DNA of 64,000 nucleotides from Minutocellus sp. GHC0000111 (taxonomy: Eukaryota): positions 558,001 to 622,000 of the forward strand of contig OZ361260.1 in NCBI GenBank assembly GCA_977018835.1, given 5' to 3'. Each line of letters begins with the position of its first letter. Positions within the stretch are counted from its first letter, which is position 1. Under the pieces are notes generated by a model. The model made no database searches and was not told where the DNA came from. It saw only the letters and a list, made by a program, of their open reading frames with translations. Below, piece after piece: positions 23,576-34,630 of the stretch. Made by a program: the position numbers and the translations under genes.

Positions 23576-26500
23576 CCTTTCGAGTTCAGAGGAATTGAAA
23601 GTGACGTGATGATGACGTATTAGAAACACGACCACACCAGACCAAAAATCCAAGCTCACTTTTTCTAACTCCGAGGAATAAATGACGGCCAAGATGGAAG
23701 TCGGGGCAAGAACCAAGTTATGGTCACCAACTTCTACATATAGTCGAGAGATATTGTGCACCAGAACCAATAAATGTACATTATGTGATGATTTTTTTCG
23801 ACATTTGCATTCCTCACCCCCGGGAAAAAATGCATTTTTGGAAGCACCAAATCAAAATGTAATGAATAGAAATGGACATGCTATGATAAGTTATAGCAAA
23901 TCAATGACTCCATCGTCTTCATCATTTTCATCTATGTCGTCCTCAATGTCATCATCTTCGCCGGGAGCATCAATTGGCCAGAGTGGTTCACCATCCTCTT
24001 CAGCTTCTTCCTCGGCAATTTTTGCGAGACCAGCCTTTCCCCGTCTGGTCTCCACAAGATTGTTACCGCCACGACTTCTCTTGATGTTGTTATATATCAC
24101 TGGAAGTTTTCCAAATACATTGAGAAAGGCCTCTTTTGATGCGACATTGGCCCATACTTTCATCACAGTCTTGTCAAGAGCATTCGCATCATTCTTCTGA
24201 CCGCGATGCTCCTTTTCGACGGCCGACTGCAAAGACATCCAGATGCCGAGATCAAGAACATTTGTCTCGGGCGACCGAGGAACCTGCTGGATTATCTCAA
24301 TCTTATATTTGTTTTTGAGGTCCTCGGTGTACTTCTCAACTGCTTCATTGGACCCATGACCGCCGGCATTGTCCATCATAAGACACATAACATCAGACTC
24401 CTGAACATTTTGTGGATCCCACTTCACCCAATGATGTGCGTCTCGAATCGCCTTCCCGACCTCATTCATAGTCTCCAACATCCATTTGGAGTCGCAGCTA
24501 CAGTCCTTGGTAACCTTATCGCCCCGTTGATACCGCACCCCGAGCTCAAGGTCGTCGATCTCAACCATCACCTTCTCTCCATTGCTATCAGGAGTGTGTC
24601 GCTTGAGACTCGAGATCTTTTGATTGTAGCCAACAGCGGCATGCTTGCGACTTTTTGCCTGACCGTCGGATTTATAGTCCTCGTGTTGAAGTTCCAATCG
24701 CTCTGTAACAAACTCAGAAAGGCCGTAGATTTCGGCAATGTGGTCGCAAAGATGGCCGGCGGTCATGTCAGCATTCTCGTCGTAAATGTCGCGCCAATCT
24801 TTGTCATTTTTTAGCGCAACGTTGACCTTAGCATCTGGAGAGAAATTCTGATTACGCGTAAGCTTTTCCACCTTCTGCTCCCTGGCGACTCTCTTGATCA
24901 TGATGCGCCCATTGAAATCAACGTCTTTGGTTTCATCCTTCATTGGTCGGCCAACAACTCCAAGACACATAACTTTGACAGGGTGTCTTCTGGATCGAAT
25001 TTTCGGGCTTTCCTCGGAAGCATGGACAGACGCGAGGTTCGGACTGCTTAGTTCTTCGTCAGAAAGTGGCAACATCTTGATCTTTCGTCGCCGAGTAGCA
25101 GTGTAAAACCACTTTTCATCAAGACACGCTACAGGAATGTTGCGATCGGTCGCAATGTCCTCCCACTTTTCGATCCAATCAAGTCGCTTCCTGCAACATT
25201 CGGGGGAGAGCCTCGGCTTCTCGATCGACGACTTCTCCTCACCGCCTTGCTTTTTCCACCAGCGAAAAAGCTGAAGACGATGGAGACTAATTGTCAGCCT
25301 ATCTTCATCTGGAGTAGCTGATTTTGCGCTCATGCAGTCAGCTAGCTCCTTAAAGGTTGCCATCGCACCCTCCATCCGAGCAGCATGCCGATGCAGCTCG
25401 CGGAGATGTCCTGGCTCCTTCTCCTCGATCATGTCCGTGCATGCCTTCCTTCCACGAACCTCCTTTCTGCCGATGGGATTGCTGATGCCATCAGCAAGGC
25501 TTTTTTGTAGAGCTGGTCTCTCCACTTGTAAAGCTGAGAACCACCGGTTGACTTGGCACAACCGTGATCGCACGCAACTTGCCGACACGCGGCAGTTGCA
25601 ATTTGTTGCCGGTCTTCATGCGTGCGAGTTGGGTCGCCGTGTCCCCACCAATCCGCGAGAGCCACGGCGCTGAACCGCATTCTTTCATTCGCCTGCTTTT
25701 CTTTTCTGATTGGTGTTGGTTCGGTGACGGTTGCATTGGGACGAGGAGGACGGAGCATGTCATCGTTGGCCATCCGAACAACAAAGTCGAGGCAGAGAGC
25801 GACCTTTACCTGTTCATCAATGTCACTGGAGGTGGCACAGACAACGGAAGCATCGGCTCCTCCTAAACCTTCATCATTGGGGGAGGCTGCAGCTGCTTCA
25901 GTGGCGGAAGTGTCACCAGTTCCCTTCAGCATGCTGAGGAGACTTGCTGGCATCCAACCCAGTTTCTTGGCCTCGTCGACTGCTAGTGATTTTGCTCTTG
26001 CTTCGCAATGCGCTGACTGTGCCTCCTTTCTGTGAGCTGACAACCTCTCACCTAGCTTAGTAGCTAAGACAGTCGAGCGCCCAGAGAACAGAGCTTCATC
26101 GGGATTTCTTTTCTCGTGCACCTTCTGTCCCTCCGGTCCAGAGAATTTCGGGTGGTTGTCCTCCTTCTTTTTACGCAACCTGTGAGCACAAACACAAAGC
26201 GCCCTGCGTCTTGTCTTCCCTCTCGGCCGACACGTCGACAAGTGCAACTTCAAACTACAATGCTCCTTGAGATGTTGCTGCACATCCTTCCATTTTTCCT
26301 CGTTGTACTGTAGCTCATGCCTTCCTCCACCGACGGACTTGGAACGCAACAAGTCGGCCTCGATGAAAGCAGGGAGGACGTCTTCCCATTTCTGCCGAGA
26401 ACCAACACAAATGTCATCTTTGCCGCAGGAATCGGGGGTCACTCTCCACCACAGATCCTTACCAGCCCTTCGAATGACATCTGCTGCAAGGAGAAAGGCC

Positions 26501-27026
26501 ATGGGGATGGGAGGAGGGGCCGTCCTCTTCTTCGCCGACGACGGTGACGGTTTGGCGGGGGCGAACTTGACCGTGGCCGCTTCTTCGACGTGTTTGCGCT
26601 CGGCGATGGTGTTTTCGGCTCAGCTGCCGCCTTTGCCGCCTTCCTGGATGCCTTGGTGTTGCCTCTCTTGCTCCCTGAGAACGAAGTTCTGCTGCGTTTG
26701 TATTTTTTGGGCGTGGTCTGGTTGGTCGTCGTCATCGTCACAAAATTTGCGGGTTGCGGTGAGAGAGGGTGTGTGCGGGGGACCAAAAAATGTGTGTGTT
26801 CCTGCCAGAATCTACTGGACCTGCGAATTCAGTGGATACTACTGGTCGGTGGCAACCTACTGAACGAGCAGGTCCAGTAGATATCCACGAGTTGAGGAGT
26901 ATTTGCGTTCCTCCCGAAGAGAACATCGACTAACGAAACACGTGGTGGGAAATGAGAAATGGGTGCAAGAATGACCTTTTTAGGGGTTATTGGTATACCC
27001 TCTACAAATCCTCTGAAACCGAAAGG
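23576..27026 (-). mobile_element. Tc1/mariner DNA transposon, DD39D (plant-mariner-like) group, copy 1
   Basis: TA flanks at 23574-75 and 27027-28; imperfect ~22-bp TIRs CCTTTCGAGTTCAGAGGAATTG / CCTTTCGGTTTCAGAGGATTTG; near-identical to 44177-47606. Confidence 0.92.
23891..26735 (-). pseudogene. disrupted DD39D transposase (copy 1)
   Basis: LDEKWFY, KVM.LGVVGRP, MDNAGGH and QVPRSPETNVLDLG motifs, with exactly 39 residues between the 2nd and 3rd Asp. Frameshifts at ~25500 and ~26505. Confidence 0.88.
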
Positions 27027-27172
27027 TAGAGCGGGTTATGGGAACCATAACATTGGGTTCGCTCGCTCGCGTGACTTGTGCGAACCTTTCGTGCGTCAGT
27101 CGACCGACCGACCGCCTCCTCACTTTTCTTCGGAACTTGTCAGTTCGAATTCGGCAAATTGCATCAAGTCAG

Positions 27173-28135
27173 ATGGACTCCACCCCCGACGCCGTGCTGC
27201 GCCATGCGTTTGACTATGTGCCGTCAAAAGCTTTCTTGCCAGTAGCGAATGTCTCGAAGCGTTTTCGATTCGTCTGGTTGGCGGATGATGCGTCAGCGCT
27301 GAGCTCATCACCGGCCTCAGATGCAGAAGGAAAAGTACCGGCAGATGATGATGAACGAAAAATGCCGGCCCGAACTGATAATGAGACCGATGACGAGCAC
27401 AAAATGCCTGCCATGGAGATGGATGATTCCGAACAGCCAACAACGACGTCAGCCGCAGAACTGAGGGCGGTATGGTCGAGCGGCGATAACGGCAACCATG
27501 CCGATGATGCCAACAAGGAGAAAGCCAAGGCAGGCCAAAAAGCCCCAACTACTCCACGCGATAGAAGGCTCACAAACCCGCTACAAATTGGAAATCTATT
27601 TAGTGTCCCATGGAACAAGCCCGCGAGAAAATCTCTAAATACACAACTACTCGCATATTTTATCGAGCAGGGATGGAAAGGAAAATGCAAAATGCGAAGT
27701 GTCCTGACTGGAGCAGCTGCACGAGGGGATGTTGAGGGCATGGAGTACATATTCGATAACGATTTGTATCCGGAAGATGATATCGAGATTTGCACTATTG
27801 CTGCAGCGGCTGGACAGCTGGACGCACTGGTTTGGCTTCGAGAAGTCAGGAAGCTGCCATGGGACCCGACTGAGATCCACCGCGAATCAAGCGAGAATTT
27901 ACACGAGGATGTGATGGAGTACGTGGAAAAGAATAATATCAAAAGACAATTCCTTCAAATATTTGTAGCGATCACTGGCAGAGAAATGCCCTGCCGTCAT
28001 ATCAATCTTGAGGCATGTCGGGCCGGATTCAGGGCTTGCTTGGTGGCGCAGCTCAGCGGCATGCTTGGCGGGCTCTGTGGGAAGGTGGAAGGTAGGAGCA
28101 TAAGTGAAAGGAAATTAGTGACAAGACAAAAATAA
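27173..28135 (+). CDS. ankyrin-like repeat protein (native 3' end apparently lost near 27940)
   Basis: N-terminal FLPVANVSKRFR; degenerate ankyrin repeats AAARGDVEGMEY and AAAAGQLDALVWLRE...PWD. The tail after 27940 is antisense of the neighbouring gene's last exon. Confidence 0.7.
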   Translation: MDSTPDAVLRHAFDYVPSKAFLPVANVSKRFRFVWLADDASALSSSPASDAEGKVPADDDERKMPARTDNETDDEHKMPAMEMDDSEQPTTTSAAELRAVWSSGDNGNHADDANKEKAKAGQKAPTTPRDRRLTNPLQIGNLFSVPWNKPARKSLNTQLLAYFIEQGWKGKCKMRSVLTGAAARGDVEGMEYIFDNDLYPEDDIEICTIAAAAGQLDALVWLREVRKLPWDPTEIHRESSENLHEDVMEYVEKNNIKRQFLQIFVAITGREMPCRHINLEACRAGFRACLVAQLSGMLGGLCGKVEGRSISERKLVTRQK

Positions 28136-30652
28136 TAATTTTCATCATGTCTTGTACACACAAAAAACAAATCACTTACCCCAATACTGGACACGAGGGT
28201 CGTGAAGGCCGCCAGTAAGGAGGCAAGAAGGATACTTCAAACCTTCTCTGACGTTGTTGATTGGGGAGTATTCCATCATGTATTCGTGGTACTTGACCTC
28301 GTTGGGGTTTCCCCACTCCTTCCATTCCACAACGGTCAACGGAATACTTGCGTCAATCATCGTGCAAACAACATCGACGAAGGGGACGCCCATGAGGGCA
28401 AATTTAAAGAGCTCCGGAGCTTCATTGATTGCAGCTCCGATCAACAAGCCGCCGGCAGACCTACCCTCGCAGCTGAGCTGATCAGGCGTGGTAATCTTGC
28501 GGTCAGAAATGAGATTCTTGGCCACTGTGGGCACGGCGATGGGATAGCATATCGGTGAAGGAAATTCGTAGATTGAATAATGCCAAAACAATAATAATCC
28601 TTTCATCAAGTTTTGTACACATGCAATTCACTTACCATCGACAAAATCATACCATGTATTCTTCTTGCAGAGGTATTTTGCCCCGTTAGGTTCCTCATAC
28701 CACTGTCGCCCCATCTCGCCGCCTCCACGGACGTGCGCAATCACGTAGACCATGCCTCTATCCAGGAGGGTTCTGCGAGTAGTGCGGAAGCTGGCTTCCA
28801 TGCAAGCACCGTACGATCCATAACCATAGAGGTGTGTTGGGACAGTCTCGCCAGCCTTGACCTTCTCCATGACATCTGCTCGAGCAACAATGCTTACTGG
28901 GATTTCCGTGGAACCATCGCGAGACAATACAGTGGTGCGCTCCGAAACATAGTCAGACTTCTCGTATCCGGGAACCTCCTGTTCCTTCAATGTCGTGCGA
29001 ACGGAAAGGTCGGAAGGTGAAGCGAGTGGGATGCTGATGGAGCTCAGTGGTGTGACGAGGGAATCGTAGGCAATAACAACCTCATCGGCAGTGCACTCCA
29101 GGTTGGATCCCAGGCCAACGTCGTACGCATCCTCGGTGAATTGAAGCTGGACAAAATCCTTGACATCAGAACTTTCAGCGCCTTCGTAGGCAATGACCCA
29201 AACCTGGGGCAAGCCACCCTCACGTCCAGTGGCAACGGAATGTGACTCAAAGGAAGTCACGCCGGAGATTGATCGGTCGTATCCGCCGTCAAACATGACG
29301 TTGCCGTTCTGATCCTTCATGTCGGTCCACAGCTCCTCAGAGTTGGCAACGGCCTTGCTCATCATCAGTCGCATGTTGGGAGTACCACCGACGTTGGTGG
29401 TAATGTACCAGTACCCAGCTCGGTGACGGACCGAATACAGAACCTTATCGCGCCTCTTGGCAACGCACTGCAGGGTGGCATTTTTATCGGCGAGGTCCAA
29501 GTAATGCACCTCACTGGTTTCCTTGGATCGCGAGGACACAAAGATGTATTTGCTGTCGAATGACTTGCTTAGACCGACCCAATACAGCTCATCGTCGTCC
29601 TGGTACAGCAATTCGTCGGGCTCACCGCTACCAATGATTCGACGGTAGAGCTGGAAAGGACGCTTCTATTCGTCGAATTTGAGGTAAAACAAGGTCTCAT
29701 CATCTGATCCCCATTGCAGAGCACCGTAGCACTCGAGCTTGTCGTCGTGATCAACAATCTCACCGCTTGCAATGTCCTTGACATAAAGAGAGCAAACTTC
29801 ATCCCCCGAGAAGTCAACTGTGTAGCCGACGACGTTGCCACTGGGACTGGTGCGGACCTGGCCTGTGGAACAGTACGGCTTGCCCTCGGCCAACGCATTG
29901 ATGTCGAGGTAGGCCCATTCATCCTCCAAGATGGGCGATTCCTTCGCACCATCCCACGCCTTGGCCTGCTCAATCCACGCATGTCTATCGCCCTTGGGAA
30001 GAGGAGCACGGCACAGCGACTTGTAACTCTTTCCTTCAAAGGTTCGACTGTAGTAAAGGAATTCACCCTTGGGAGTTGGTACCGTGTGATCGGTCTCCTT
30101 GATGCCCGAAAGCATCTCCTTGTACAGATCGTCCCGCAGTCCGTCCAGATGGGACGTCAGAGCCTCCGTGTAGGCATTCTCGGCCCGCAGATGGTCCAGC
30201 ACTTCCTCCACCTCGCGCTTTTCGTCGCGGAGCCACCCGTACGGATCTGGGACCTGGATCGGTGGGTCCAACAGCGCTTCGGCGGAGGATTCGGACTGGC
30301 GGATGAGCGGCTTGCCCTTGGAATCGGCATATCCGACGTCGCCCTCGCGGAGCAGGCCGGCGAGGACGTATCGGTCCTCCTCGCGGCGGGCCACTGGCGG
30401 TTGGGGCGTGCTGTTATCGGCCGAGGTCGTCATTGCCGATGAAACTACTGATGCGAAGCGATGACGTGGGTACTTGTTGCCGAGGATGCCGCTGCGAGTA
30501 TGGAATGCCGATGTGCTTCGGGTCAGGGTGAGAGCAAGGGCGAGTGATGCGAAGCGATGACGTTGGTACTTGTTGCTGAGAATGCTGCGAGTATGAAATG
30601 CTGACGTGCTTCGGGTCAGAGTGAGAGCAAGAGCAAAGCTTCGACTCTTCAT
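27899..30652 (-). CDS. oligopeptidase B (protease II, S9A); in-frame TAG at 29666-29668, possible pseudogene
   Basis: DPYGWLRD, LYGYGSYG, HVRGGGEMGRQWY, catalytic GRSAGG, GLHDPRVQYWEPAK and AGH motifs. Introns at 28635-28525 and 28179-28075. Confidence 0.9.
30449..30634 (-). repeat. in-frame tandem duplication (~96-nt period) within the oligopeptidase presequence
   Basis: ALALTLTRSTSAFHTRS(G)IL(S/G)NKY(Q/P)RHRFAS occurs twice. Confidence 0.9.
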
Positions 30653-31112
30653 TACTCCGGTACAAGGCGACAGGATCGATTGGTATCTTCGACGAATGCT
30701 GCTGATGCCGAAGCCATGGAGCGGCGTAAATGAGGCATTTTGCTGGTCAAGGACCTCGCAAAATATTTAATTTACAGTGACGGTTTGCGCGAGGTCTTTT
30801 TACTCTAAATATGTATGTGTTGGAACGCACCCAACCGCAGCCACCAGCACCGCAGAATAACGTTTGCCCGCCCGCCCGCCTGCCGTTTGTGCTCGATCCG
30901 ATTCATCAGTTTCTTTGGAAGGCAAATTGACCTGGCTTTTCAGCATTGGAGTCCATTTACTACTTACTTGGACCCAAGGCATCGGCAGTGCATCAGTATA
31001 CTTTCTATTTGGAGCGCCCCTTCTTCTGTGCGTGCGTGGCCTTACCGCCAATCAATTCCATCAGAGTACAGGCAATACAGGGAAACACAAAAATAAACAC
31101 CACCAACCAAAA

Positions 31113-32738
31113 ATGTCCGGTAACGGCACTCTGCCAGCGACGTCGTCGTATTCGAGCTTTGGAGGGGATTCCACCTCGTCGGTCCAGGCCATCACCACCG
31201 AGGGTTGGCTCGAATTGTTCCTCACGCCGTCTCAAAAGCGCACCTTCTCCAAGTGGCAGGAGGATGTGGCCGACAAGTCCCTGACGCACCGGGCCACCCG
31301 CACGTCGTTCGACGCCCTGGCCACGTACATTCCCGACTCCGTCGCGCCCAACGTCGTTACCGCCGCGGGATTCATGGCCCTGTCGCAATCGTGGTACCTC
31401 ATCAACAAGTACGGAGAGGAGTACCCCACGGCCTGCACGTGGTTTGCCGTGGCCAACATTCTGCTCTTCTTTGTGTTCAACAGCGTCGATCTCAAGCATG
31501 CCGATCGGATCCGACAGCGCACGGCCTTGGGTGATCTGTTCAAGTATTGCTGCGATTGCTGTTCGACGGTGTTCTTGGCCGTCCTGACGACGTACTGCAT
31601 GGGCGGAGTCGATCCTGTTACCCAATGGTATGCGGTCCAAATTGCCCAGCTGGTCCTGTTTACCAAGCATTTGAGCGCGTTCCATCGCAATGCCGGTCTG
31701 CGGTACAATGTGTTGACTGGACCTGGCGAAGTGATCCTCAGTGCCGTCATCCTCCTGGCCGTCCGTGCCACGTTGGGTTTGGATTGGCTCTGCAGTTTCT
31801 ACGAGAGCACCATCCACAAGGTCGTCGAGGCCCTCACGAGCAAGTACAATGTATCGATCCGTGACGATCACATGGACATTATCACCGATTCCGAGACCAT
31901 GGGCTTCGAGATGCTCCGATTGGGATATTACTGCATGTTCTACACGGCCGTCATCAAGGTGATGTTGCTGCAGAAGCCGCACGGGTGGACGAGGTTTGGC
32001 CTGAGTACCAGTCTGCTGATGCGATTTTTGCCGGCCATCCTTCTCCATTTGGGCATCGGTGCGTTCGACATCAAGACGGCCGATGTCATTTGCGATGGTT
32101 TGTTCATGGCCGTGTTGACGTCGGACGTTACGCTGGCCAAGATGGCGGGACGTGAGATCCACCCCTGGATTGTCCTCATGTCCATGTTTGCCGTGATGAG
32201 TCATCCCTTCATTCTGGTCCTGGTGATTATTTACTACATTGCCATCTTTGGTGATCTGTGCAGCTACCTCAACATGCCTCTGATGACGGTATGCCGCAAC
32301 GTCTATTGCGATGGTGTGTATGATCTCTGCCACATTGGTCACAAGACCTTGTTCAAGAATGCGCTTGCCTTCGGCAATCGTTTGTTTGTGGGCGTCGTTG
32401 GAGATGAGGATGCCTCGCAGTACAAGCGACCGCCAATTATGACCGGCGCCGAGAGATGTGCCGAGGTTGAGGCCTGCAAGTCAGTGACAAAGGTCATTCC
32501 TAATGCGCCTTGTTTTGGTTTGACCAAGGAGTTCTTGGACGAGCACCAAATTCACGTCGTTGCGTTCGGGGAGGAGTACCTCGACCGGTGGCCTGATCCA
32601 AAGGATGACATTTACTATGGATATGCTCGTCAGATTGGCATTGCTCGGCCGCTCCCCAGGACCAAAGGTTTGAGCACAAGTGACTTGATTCGAAGGATAC
32701 AAGCAGCAAGGCCTGCCGACGATAGGAATGATTCTTAG
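31113..32738 (+). CDS. CDP-alcohol phosphatidyltransferase-like domain fused to a C-terminal CTP:phospho-base cytidylyltransferase domain
   Basis: N-terminal IPDSVAPNVVT plus TM helices (CEPT/EPT-like). C-terminal VYCDGVYDLCHIGH (HxGH), YKRPPIM...ER and PRTKGLSTSDLIRRI. Confidence 0.88.
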   Translation: MSGNGTLPATSSYSSFGGDSTSSVQAITTEGWLELFLTPSQKRTFSKWQEDVADKSLTHRATRTSFDALATYIPDSVAPNVVTAAGFMALSQSWYLINKYGEEYPTACTWFAVANILLFFVFNSVDLKHADRIRQRTALGDLFKYCCDCCSTVFLAVLTTYCMGGVDPVTQWYAVQIAQLVLFTKHLSAFHRNAGLRYNVLTGPGEVILSAVILLAVRATLGLDWLCSFYESTIHKVVEALTSKYNVSIRDDHMDIITDSETMGFEMLRLGYYCMFYTAVIKVMLLQKPHGWTRFGLSTSLLMRFLPAILLHLGIGAFDIKTADVICDGLFMAVLTSDVTLAKMAGREIHPWIVLMSMFAVMSHPFILVLVIIYYIAIFGDLCSYLNMPLMTVCRNVYCDGVYDLCHIGHKTLFKNALAFGNRLFVGVVGDEDASQYKRPPIMTGAERCAEVEACKSVTKVIPNAPCFGLTKEFLDEHQIHVVAFGEEYLDRWPDPKDDIYYGYARQIGIARPLPRTKGLSTSDLIRRIQAARPADDRNDS

Positions 32739-32960
32739 ACTCCAGGCAGGTAACATTTCGTTTTGGTCGTCCTCATTCTTCAGATTTTGCGTTCACTGAA
32801 GAAGAAAGAAAGGCGGTCAGTTTTCATTTTTAGAGATACGATGCCACCAAATAAACTTAATAGACCTTTGCTAATGCCGATCGAGCTACTATACGTAGTC
32901 AGTGCCGGTACATTGCAGCTGCCGGTTGGGAGAGGTACAGGGCCTGTAGACTCTAAACAA

Positions 32961-33160
32961 NNNNNNNNNNNNNNNNNNNNNNNNNNNNNNNNNNNNNNNN
33001 NNNNNNNNNNNNNNNNNNNNNNNNNNNNNNNNNNNNNNNNNNNNNNNNNNNNNNNNNNNNNNNNNNNNNNNNNNNNNNNNNNNNNNNNNNNNNNNNNNNN
33101 NNNNNNNNNNNNNNNNNNNNNNNNNNNNNNNNNNNNNNNNNNNNNNNNNNNNNNNNNNNN
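32961..33160. other. assembly gap (200 N)
   Basis: Run of N. Confidence 1.
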
Positions 33161-34522
33161 GGCATGTGCTTTTGCCCTGTTCTCGTCAATGATTTCATCA
33201 GCTGCTTCAACAGCCGCTGCTCTGCATTTCTTTTCCACCTGTCGGGCATTCTTTTCGGTCGGATGGACGATGTCGGCCTTCGTGCAGAAATTCATGAAGC
33301 GACTTGCGTGCATGGCCTCATCTTCCGCTGCCTCCATCAGCTCCAAGTTCATTCCAGCCTGACTTCTAGAATGCTTTCTGCCGGGGCACACAACTTCTGA
33401 CCTCTGGCCGATCCAAGTGCAAAAAGAAAAAGGTTGGTTGCATCTATCGCATCGCCATTCAAATGTGACGCCGAATCCACGCCGAACTGGCTCGGCCGAG
33501 AGACACAGATTGCCGCACGATCGGTGGAGATTCTGCACGAAATCATGCAGCTGCTTCATCTCAACCACAACTCTTTTGCCGTTGAGCTGCACGCCGGTGA
33601 TGTTGGGACGATCGGTAGCGTTGGCGGTGGGAGTAGATGACCGACCGCCCGAAGAATTCTTGTCGGAATAATGTTTCAGTGTCGCGTTGAGATGGGGCCC
33701 ATGCTTTTCATCGTCCTGGAAGTAATTTTCAGGTGTGGTCGGCAGTGATCGCTTGCCATTGCGTTGAGAGCGTGGGCTGGCGTTATCGGCTATTCTGGAG
33801 AAGCGGTAGAAGGGCTTTGCAACGTCAAGGCCTGATATTTTCTCTGGACGTCGTCGTTGGATGTTGACCTCGTGTCGTGTTGGGACGTGTTGAAGAGATG
33901 ATCGAACAAGAGAGATCTCTAAGCTCGGCGACACGCCACCGCGCATCAAGACACGGACAAGCTCATCAATAGTGTAGTAAGTACATCTGACGTCGTCTGG
34001 GAATGAGAGCAAGAGTGAGAGGATTGCCTCCTTGGCGTTAGCACGTGATGTTTCCATGGTTGTTTTTTTGTTTTGCATCGGTTCTGGCGCAAGATGCGCT
34101 TTTCGATGAGAACCTTACAAAAAGAACCCCAAATGAGGGAGACGTGCAAAAATACCCCAAACAAATATCCCCTTACCTCCCAACAGCAAAACTTCAAGAT
34201 GTCTTCCCACCAGCACCACCAATGCTGGTTATGCGTCGGCCGAGACTAATTTCGGTCGATCCGACGATGATGTGTGCGTCGACTGTTGCATTTCTGAGGG
34301 AGAGTTGATTCATCGAAGTTCCTCTGAACCAAGTGTTCCTGGAGGGATTTCCGACTTAATGCTGAAAGGAACGTCGATGACTCTTCGCCACTGTGGAGAG
34401 CGGCGGCCTTCGATGAGGAGCCCATTGTCACGTTGGAGTGCTAACTTTGGCGATGGTGCGAAGAAAAAACGGCACAAAACACGCTTTTTGGGGGCTTCCT
34501 AAAAGTTATGGACAGCGCCCTC
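33161..34522 (-). mobile_element. 5' part of a DNA transposon (Kolobok-/Mutator-like transposase N-terminus), truncated by the gap
   Basis: ORF with C..C-type pattern HRSCGNL...RGFGVTFEWRCDRC followed by MNLELM...FMNFC, resembling the N-terminal half of PF20700-like transposases. Candidate terminus TTAA|GAGGGCGCTGTCCATAACTTTT at 34526-34501. Family call is from memory of motifs. Confidence 0.55.
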
Positions 34523-34630
34523 TTAAGGATCAAGCAAGGCAGTGGGGCAAGAAATCTGAGAAATACCAGGGCGTTCAGCAAGCCTACAGCCTACCGCTCA
34601 AATCATTGCCACGTTGCGATCTTGATACTG

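Noticed and set aside
23537..23770. Short ORF shared by both transposon copies near the left TIR
   Set aside because: It runs out of the element into different flanks and has no coding signature.
32780..32960. ORF apparently continuing through the N-run
   Set aside because: An artefact of translating Ns. The true gap length is unknown, and the left side looks like the 3' flank of the upstream gene.
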